From a virus (lineage: Duplodnaviria; Caudoviricetes), in IMG/VR virus record IMGVR_UViG_3300035491_000117, positions 1-26,215 of that record: a stretch of 26,215 nucleotides of DNA; one strand, written 5' to 3'. The first letter of the stretch is position 1. Every line of letters begins with the position of its first letter. The notes under the pieces are model-generated. The model searched no databases and was not told where the DNA came from. It was given only the letters and a program-made list of their open reading frames with translations. Shown piece after piece: positions 17,473 through 23,872 of the stretch. Both the position numbers and the translations under genes were made by a program.

Positions 17473-18514
17473 CCAAATCACACCACTAGCATTGGTAGTG
17501 GCGTTAACCAGGTTCGTTACACCCGGCCGATATTGAATGTCCAGTCCAATACCGTACGCTAGGTTTCCCTAACGACTGACTATATCTTCACCTACCTCGG
17601 TAGGTGCCCTCCGTTTCGATTTAAAGCTTACGCTCCCCACTTAGGGTCTACTCTCTTGCGAGATAGTCGATGAACCTTACCCATGGCTTGTTTCTCAACA
17701 ATCTATAGGGTCTTGGCTGCTGATTGCCCAATCCACTTAATTTTCAAACATTCACGCTCACCGTTTCCAGTCACGTTGTAGTTTAAGCGGCTCTAAGGGG
17801 TTTCCAGCAGTTAAAAGGGTTTAAAGAACTAGATTGTAGAGGACCCCTAACAAAAGTTAGGTGGTATGGGTCACTCAGATGGTTCAAACAGAAAGCCTTT
17901 TACAGGGGTTGTTTTGCCTCGCTTAAATGCGTTATACTGCACCGTCCTAGCGGGGACCCCTGTGATCTCGGCTGCCTCTTTAGCGGAGGCGTATGTTGTC
18001 ACACGACCTGTTTCCAGATCAGTTACTTTGACTGGTTTAGATTTGTCGATAAATAACGCTTTCCCGTTCTCATCGACGACTTTACGCAGACCAGTCTCAA
18101 TGGCATGTTTCAGATTATCCTGTCTGGTCATCCATTCGAGATTGTCTTTTCTGTTATTGTGTTTATCCCCGTCTTTGTGATTAGGTTCTAGCCGAACCCC
18201 CTGCATGTCCTCGGGGACGGGGATGAATGCTTCGGTGACCAGATTATGAATCCCTATCTGAGTCTGCTTTCCCGTCGCCGTATCTGTTACACTGACCTTA
18301 AGATAACTTCCGACGGTTGTTTTCATTTCCATTGGTTTGAGATTCTTGACCTTATGGGGCCAAACTGTTCTAACATTACCTAGGTCAGATACCTCAACTC
18401 GCCTAAAACGATTTACTCGTCTCCATTCTTCCATTCACAGTCCTCCGTTCAAGGTAGAGATACCACTCTCTACTCTTTAAATCTATCAATCTAGTTCAGC
18501 GACAGCAATACTCT
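17473..18514 (-). mobile_element. Group I intron 2 (1042 nt) encoding an HNH homing endonuclease in its P2 loop
   Basis: 5' splice site after U (…CGACGGU paired with GCUGUCG, U-G pair). P2 GAACUAGAUUG/CAAUCUAGUUC encloses the ORF. Core elements P AACUGCUGGAAA, Q AAUCAGCAG, R GUUCAUCGACUA, S AAGAUAUAGUC. Ends in G. Confidence 0.92.
17871..18434 (-). CDS. Intron-encoded HNH homing endonuclease (NUMOD4-HNH-NUMOD1 architecture, I-HmuI-like)
   Basis: EEWRRV...EVSDLGNVR (NUMOD4), IHNLVTEAFIP...PNHKDGDKHNNRKDNLEWMTRQDNLKHA (HNH), KPVKVTDLETG...YASAKEAAEITG (NUMOD1/HTH). GGAGG RBS. Confidence 0.93.
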   Translation of the reverse strand: MEEWRRVNRFRRVEVSDLGNVRTVWPHKVKNLKPMEMKTTVGSYLKVSVTDTATGKQTQIGIHNLVTEAFIPVPEDMQGVRLEPNHKDGDKHNNRKDNLEWMTRQDNLKHAIETGLRKVVDENGKALFIDKSKPVKVTDLETGRVTTYASAKEAAEITGVPARTVQYNAFKRGKTTPVKGFLFEPSE

Positions 18515-18529
18515 ACCGTCGAAGTCGGC
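18515..18529 (-). CDS. nvRNAP beta'-N subunit exon 2: 15-nt micro-exon GCC GAC TTC GAC GGT = A-D-F-D-G
   Basis: Sits between the terminal G of intron 1 (18530) and the first base of intron 2 (18514). Joining gives K-N|A-D-F-D-G|D-A-L, the universal catalytic motif. Confidence 0.92.
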
Positions 18530-18880
18530 CAATGTGTTCAGATAGGACGCGACCCCTATCCCGCAGCATTACCTGCATAGCCCCATCGTTATAATGGGAT
18601 ATCAGACTATATCATGATCCCTAAGGACCCCTTCCGTTTCGACCCCGCTTGGTGGTCTACTCTACTCCCTTCCAGCTGGTGCTGTGGTTTCGATAGTCGT
18701 TGAACACATCCCTTTATGTTTCCATAGTAGGGACTTCGCTGCTGATTGTCCAATCCTAGATGATTTTCAAGCATTCACGCTCACCGTTTCCAGTCACGTT
18801 GTAGCTATCTAGGCTCTAAGGGGTTTCCAGCAATTAGAAAGGTTATCGACCAGAATTACTTCTGGAAGGAACAGTGACTT
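18530..18880 (-). mobile_element. Group I intron 1 (351 nt, no ORF)
   Basis: 5' splice site after …AAGAAU (GAAU pairs with intron GUUC, U-G pair). P AAUUGCUGGAAA, Q AAUCAGCAG, R GUUCAACGACUA, S AUGAUAUAGUC, P3 CCUUUC/GGAAGG. Ends …CACAUUG. Confidence 0.92.
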
Positions 18881-20143
18881 ATTCTTGTCTATGAGATTCT
18901 GCGGACTCATAGAAGTTGTGTTGTCAGTTGGATCAGTCTTGAACGAATCGATCTGGTTAAAACCCACACTACCACGCGTCAGGGTCGGGTTGCGGCCGAA
19001 TAACGTCGGGATGGTACCTGTAGGTGATTCTTCCAGCAGTTCATTGAAAATACGATGGATCTCTGGATGATACCGGAGCGTATTCTCGTAAATCATGGCG
19101 TTGATCTCGTTGGGTGTCAGACCCTTCTTGAGCAACTTATTTTGAATGTACGTCTTGAACAACAATACACTCAACGACCATGGCATCTCCAGACCATCTT
19201 GACGATGGGGTTTCTGTCTGGAAGTAATAACTGATCGGAACCCCCACGGCTGTCGAGTACCGTAGATCAGCTTACGCTTGATTCCTGGTTTCTTGAAAAC
19301 AATCTCAGCTTCAAACTTCTGATAATACTCATTGAAGTTGTTGAGTGCTCGTGTCATACGAGACTCTTTATTCGCCAAGGACATCGGATGCTGAGTCGGA
19401 CTGTTTTCACGGTTATCGATACCAATCAGGCTGTAAGCGGCATCAACCGCTATGACCATCTTGGGATCGATACTGACCCGGTTGTTGGCACTCTCTTTGA
19501 TAAACCCTAACTTGGTTGGGAAGGGTAGGTGTTCTGAGAACGTCTTACCGTAGTTCAGTTCCAGGAAACGTATGATCTTGCGGCGCCGTCTGGCGCTGGC
19601 AGGTGGACCAATCAAATTGGCCTTTTGAAGTGCGGTGAGGATCGACTGATAATTATCCACGAAATGATTGTACCCTCGTGGGATTTCGAGACGATCAAGT
19701 TTACGTTGTTTGTCGTGGGGTAATTGACGAGGTGATTTGTACCGGGGATCACAGAGGTAATCCAGGATACTGAAACCAGAATGGGTAAGGTTCTTGTGAA
19801 GAATACGCCATACTGTCAGATTGATGAATCCACGAATACCTTCTGGGGCTTTCAACCAGAGGATACTCTCCAGAGGCTTCTCAGTAACGGGTGCTACAGC
19901 TTCATAGCAGTTGTTACAGACGACACCATGATTCTCCATGCCTGTGATCGCACCACACCCACACCGTGCTGCTGACGACAGACTATCACCATCAAGACTG
20001 GTATAGATCAGACTGTTCAGTCGCTTACGGTCTGCCTCCAGCGATATATCAAAGTCGTTCATCAAAACCACTTGACGAGCCTGGTGGTCATAGATGGTGT
20101 CGTAATTAACCACGCGTAGGTATACGCCATTGTGTTGTTTCAT
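18881..20143 (-). CDS. Non-virion RNA polymerase beta'-like subunit, N-terminal part (phiKZ gp55-like), exon 1; spliced product about 487 aa
   Basis: Zn ribbon CGCG...CNNC, FRSVIT, FGRNPTL (cf. NRQPTL), ending ...PQNLIDKN just before the expected ADFDGD. The track ORF reads 23 extra codons into intron 1. ATG 20143 preferred over TTG 20149. Confidence 0.92.
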
Positions 20144-20168
20144 TGGCAAAGAAACCCTTAGTGGATAG

Positions 20169-20215
20169 CAAAAGAAAAGAAGATGTATCGGGGGATGCTA
20201 GTCCCCCCGATACAT
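20169..20215 (-). terminator. Intrinsic terminator after chimallin
   Basis: ATGTATCGGGGG...CCCCCGATACAT stem (20183-20215) followed on the minus strand by CTTCTTTTCTTTT. Confidence 0.8.
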
Positions 20216-20235
20216 TTAACTCAGACCGAAACCAC

Positions 20236-22152
20236 TCAGAACGAGTAGTTACGACCCAGGCCGTTACCGATACGGTTACGACCGCCACGGAAGTCATCAC
20301 CGCCAGAACGACGGTTCAACATACCGTGAGTCAGGTCGCCACCACGGAAGTCACGTACGCGAGTGTTACCACGCTTACGCTTCTGACCGAAGCTGTAGGA
20401 AGCCTGAGCTTGGTCGATGATGATGCGGCAATCGGATACCGAAGCAGTCAGGGCATCGATGAAATCCGGGTTGATGAAAGCCAGGTCCACGTAACGGCAG
20501 AACTTGACATTCTTTTCACCCAGAGCAGACACCAGCTGCTCGTACTGTTCACTGACACGGATTTCGACGTCCATTTCAGTGCGGTCGATCACATCCTGAT
20601 AACGCAGGGCAACATCAACATCACCGTCGGAAACGGCGAGCCAACGCAGGAGATCCCAGTCGCGCAGATCGCGCTTGTTACCGTGGCTGTCAACCCAGGT
20701 ACCAGTCAGGTAACGAGCACCGGACATGGTCAGAGGGCTGTTGAGGCCGATTTCGTTGGCACGGCGGGTGAAGTTGTTCATGGTCAATTGGTCAGCGTAC
20801 TGGAACAGCAGATCAGTAGCACCACCATGGGAACTTCGATCTTCAGCTACTTCAGTCAGCAGACTGGTCAGCCATGCATTGTCGCCACCGTCTTCCAGTT
20901 CGATAGCCCACGCCATGTCTTCGTCGACCAGATCGAAGAAGTAATCTTCCCACTTACCGATGAAGTCGCTGTTACCACGACCGTCGAACTCGACCTTGCC
21001 ATCAGCGGCATCGGGACCCAGCAGGTTCAGGTAACCAGTGTCCTTGGCATCGATGTCATCACGGCTGTCGATATCACCCGGCAACATGCTCTGTACCCAG
21101 GCCTGGTTCTTGGTGATCACAGAGGCAGCAGCCAGCGCCAGCAGCATCAGCTCAGGGGTGATGGCATTCTGACCGGAGTCGATACGGTTGATGATGAAGG
21201 TCGGGGTGAAATATGGTTCGTAGGACGATTCGTGACGACGACCACCGCGACGACGCGGGCCATCATCGGCCGGCGGAGTGTACAGCAAGGAAATGTAACC
21301 GCTGACGGAAGCCAGGGCCATCTTTGCGGTACCGTCGTTGGTCTTGACCAGACCGTTAACGCTGATGCAGATGTCGTTACGACGCGGCAGACCGTCGGCA
21401 GTCGGGATGTCGTTACCCAGCAGGTCAACTTTGATTTCCAGATGACTACCCTTGGTCAACCATTCCAGGTTGAAGTAGGTGTCCGGTTGGAAACGCAGGT
21501 TGTAGCAGGTAACCAGCGCCAGCTGAGCGTAGAAGATGACATCACGTACTTCGGTCACATCAGGATCGCTGAAATCAACACCGGAATCAACAGTACGCCA
21601 GCCTGCCGGCATGACGGTAACGTTACGACGGGTGGTGCTGTAGTTCTTGATGATGATGTCGTCGATCAGTGCCATGTACGCTTCGGTAACGAAGTCACTG
21701 GCAACGACCGGCACCGGATAACCACGACCGTTGAGTTCAATCTGACGGACACGGGATTCGTCGACGAGAGTGGATTCCAGGACCATGACAGAGCTCATGA
21801 CGATCAGCTCGCCGTTCTGCTCGATCGGATAGGTCAGGATCACCGAAGAGATACCGACGTTGTGCTCCTGGGCGTCCAGACCCAGAACCTGGACCTTGGA
21901 CAGGTCAATGAAGGAACCGGAGTTCAGGCGCTTTTCCGGAGAGAACCAGTACTTGACAGCCTGGATCGCTTGAACAAGGCTGGCGCCGGTAGTACGGCGG
22001 GACATCGGACCACCCAGCAGACGGTTGAAGTCCAGCAGGCTGGCCTGAACCACTTCTTGGGTCTGTTGACGTGAACCGTTACCGAAATCGCGCTTTTCAG
22101 TGCCCTGAGTACTGTCGTTGTTGCTTTGGGCATTCGGATCTTTTACTGCCAT
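20236..22152 (-). CDS. chmA: Chimallin (ChmA), major phage nuclear shell protein
   Basis: 638 aa (chimallins are about 630 aa). Flexible N- and C-terminal tails (GPMSRR; KRGN...). AAGGAG RBS, strong high-expression codon bias, strong terminator, and the diagnostic position directly upstream of nvRNAP beta'-N and near the DNA polymerase. Confidence 0.85.
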   Translation of the reverse strand: MAVKDPNAQSNNDSTQGTEKRDFGNGSRQQTQEVVQASLLDFNRLLGGPMSRRTTGASLVQAIQAVKYWFSPEKRLNSGSFIDLSKVQVLGLDAQEHNVGISSVILTYPIEQNGELIVMSSVMVLESTLVDESRVRQIELNGRGYPVPVVASDFVTEAYMALIDDIIIKNYSTTRRNVTVMPAGWRTVDSGVDFSDPDVTEVRDVIFYAQLALVTCYNLRFQPDTYFNLEWLTKGSHLEIKVDLLGNDIPTADGLPRRNDICISVNGLVKTNDGTAKMALASVSGYISLLYTPPADDGPRRRGGRRHESSYEPYFTPTFIINRIDSGQNAITPELMLLALAAASVITKNQAWVQSMLPGDIDSRDDIDAKDTGYLNLLGPDAADGKVEFDGRGNSDFIGKWEDYFFDLVDEDMAWAIELEDGGDNAWLTSLLTEVAEDRSSHGGATDLLFQYADQLTMNNFTRRANEIGLNSPLTMSGARYLTGTWVDSHGNKRDLRDWDLLRWLAVSDGDVDVALRYQDVIDRTEMDVEIRVSEQYEQLVSALGEKNVKFCRYVDLAFINPDFIDALTASVSDCRIIIDQAQASYSFGQKRKRGNTRVRDFRGGDLTHGMLNRRSGGDDFRGGRNRIGNGLGRNYSF

Positions 22153-22363
22153 GGTGTTACTCCTTGATGAATGTTACTAGGCCTAGTGAACATCTAGTCA
22201 GATATTCACACGGATTATGTAGCCCCATGAAAACTTTGAATGGAATTTATATTCCAGGCCTCATTAAGATGGGGTAATCGATTTTTAAATTACCGATATC
22301 TGCTAAGAAAAGGAAATACCCTCCCCTTGGGTGAAGCTATTAACTTCACCGAGAGCAGATCTC

Positions 22364-22393
22364 CTATACAATAGGTATACATAAGTATTTTTT
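22364..22393 (-). promoter_or_regulatory. Candidate chimallin promoter AAAAAATAC-N8-ACCTA-N3-TATAG
   Basis: Shared with the chmC upstream region (12879-12907). Lies in an AT-rich divergent intergenic region. Confidence 0.4.
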
Positions 22394-22449
22394 TACACGA
22401 TTTGAGTTACGACCAATCGTTTGAGCTTACCCTATCTTTAGGAATGACC

Positions 22450-23556
22450 ATGTACAATATCCTCAACAATGAAAGTCAGATCAGAGCCACGTCTCTTAAA
22501 TCGTTTGGCCTTGACTACGTGAAGCGTGAGTTGATGGATGTTCATGTAAACCGATACAAAGAGTATCGTCGTGATAATCCAGGTTACGTCAAAAGTAACC
22601 ATATCCTGACCCGTATCCTTGGGATGATCGATATCCCTTTCACAGGTAACCTTCCCGATTACTATATAAAGGTAACTGGGATCATCAACCGGTTATCGGG
22701 TGTTATGGGTTTCTGTACTGATGCCCACCATGGAAGAGTATTCAGTGAAAGCGAGTTTTATGGCAAAGGTGTTGGGGAGGTGTTCATCGCTGTAGGTGAT
22801 GATACATTGACGCCAAGCGATATCTGGAATAACTGGAGAGAGATGAGTCCGGTACGGATCCTCAGCCACCCATTCTACGGTTGTGGGGTGGTGGAGTTAG
22901 ATGGACGATTGGACCTACCCACTGTCCCATCTGGTAGTATGGTCATCATCGAAATCAATATTCCATTATTGGCTTGTCAATATCAGCTATGGAATATGGC
23001 TAGTCGCTTCAATCTTCCTGATGGGGTCAATCCACCTGTGAGTAATTTCATTACCCAGGTCGTCATCCCAAATGTGCTAGAGAGTCACTTAGATGTAGGG
23101 GTACTCAACTCCGTTCATCATTTACTAGGTGGTTCTGAGTATGGGTTTATGGACAACGACATGCCGTTCTATGTAACGGATTACTGGCCTAGGTTAGAAA
23201 AAGGTCTGAACGAAGTGGTTGAACGCTTCACCAGCCAGAAAATGTACTGGCGGGATGTGTTAGCAAACATTCCAGTATTCGGTAAGACCAATTTACTTCA
23301 GACCATCGAACTACCTGACGTAGCCCAGACAAACCAAGTCATCTGGGCACTGATGGCTGCTAGATTAAACTGCTGTGCCATGTTGCTCAAACTCGATTCA
23401 CTCAGTAATAACGAGCGTAATGATGCGGATAAGGTCCGTATCCGTAGAAGTCTTATTGAAGCGGATAGTGGAAAATATCTGACGGCGCGGCTACCTCGCG
23501 AAGTGGTTGATTACTTCGAGCAGTTCATAAAGACTTATATAGAACCCTATCTGTAA
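22450..23556 (+). CDS. Conserved protein, probable virion structural protein (phiKZ gp52 position)
   Basis: Long opposite-strand ORF between the polymerase and chimallin. AGGA RBS before ATG 22450 (alternative 22444). Function inferred from synteny only. Confidence 0.7.
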   Translation: MYNILNNESQIRATSLKSFGLDYVKRELMDVHVNRYKEYRRDNPGYVKSNHILTRILGMIDIPFTGNLPDYYIKVTGIINRLSGVMGFCTDAHHGRVFSESEFYGKGVGEVFIAVGDDTLTPSDIWNNWREMSPVRILSHPFYGCGVVELDGRLDLPTVPSGSMVIIEINIPLLACQYQLWNMASRFNLPDGVNPPVSNFITQVVIPNVLESHLDVGVLNSVHHLLGGSEYGFMDNDMPFYVTDYWPRLEKGLNEVVERFTSQKMYWRDVLANIPVFGKTNLLQTIELPDVAQTNQVIWALMAARLNCCAMLLKLDSLSNNERNDADKVRIRRSLIEADSGKYLTARLPREVVDYFEQFIKTYIEPYL

Positions 23557-23595
23557 CGGCATAGAGAGGAGGTATTACCCTCCTCTCTATGCCGT
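23556..23595. terminator. Perfect 17-bp inverted repeat between convergent genes, with the CGGCATAGAG box on both arms
   Basis: ACGGCATAGAGAGGAGG-TATTAC-CCTCCTCTCTATGCCGT. No U-tract on either strand. Confidence 0.7.
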
Positions 23596-23602
23596 ATCGA
23601 TA

Positions 23603-23872
23603 TCAGAGTACTAATGCATCCAACATATCCTTGGCAGCAACCTTCAGTTCTGGACGGATGGATTCATCAACCAACATCTCTCTGAGAATGACTTCAAGAG
23701 ATACCACCTTATCGGAGGAGTTGATTTTGATCATAGTCCCACGTTCAACCGCAACCGGTAGTTGGGGTTTCATGCCATCGCCAATATACGTGCCACCAAT
23801 CGCATTAGCCGTAATGTGTAACGAACCTTCTTGGACATCACCAAGATTTACACTAACGAAATCATCTACCAT
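23603..23872 (-). CDS. Small hypothetical protein (about 89 aa), translationally coupled to the DNA polymerase
   Basis: TAATG stop/start overlap at 23872 with a G-rich SD upstream. Ends just before the 17-bp hairpin. Confidence 0.65.
   Translation of the reverse strand: MVDDFVSVNLGDVQEGSLHITANAIGGTYIGDGMKPQLPVAVERGTMIKINSSDKVVSLEVILREMLVDESIRPELKVAAKDMLDALVL

Noticed and set aside
17473-17481. GTG start of a standalone 64-aa ORF at 17481
   Set aside because: The first three codons are intron 2 sequence. The remainder is exon 3.
18809-18880. C-terminal KSLFLPEVILVDNLSNCWKPLRA of the 446-aa track ORF
   Set aside because: This is read-through into intron 1 (P1-P4 sequence), not part of the mature subunit.
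17287-20149. RNAP subunit as a pseudogene or frameshifted assembly error
   Set aside because: Both interruptions have full group I signatures, and precise removal restores NADFDGD in frame.
20143-22074. 643-aa plus-strand ORF antisense to chimallin
   Set aside because: Codon-register mirror of a highly biased gene. V/D/T/Q-rich composition typical of shadow frames, no recognisable motif, and it would be read through the chmA terminator hairpin.
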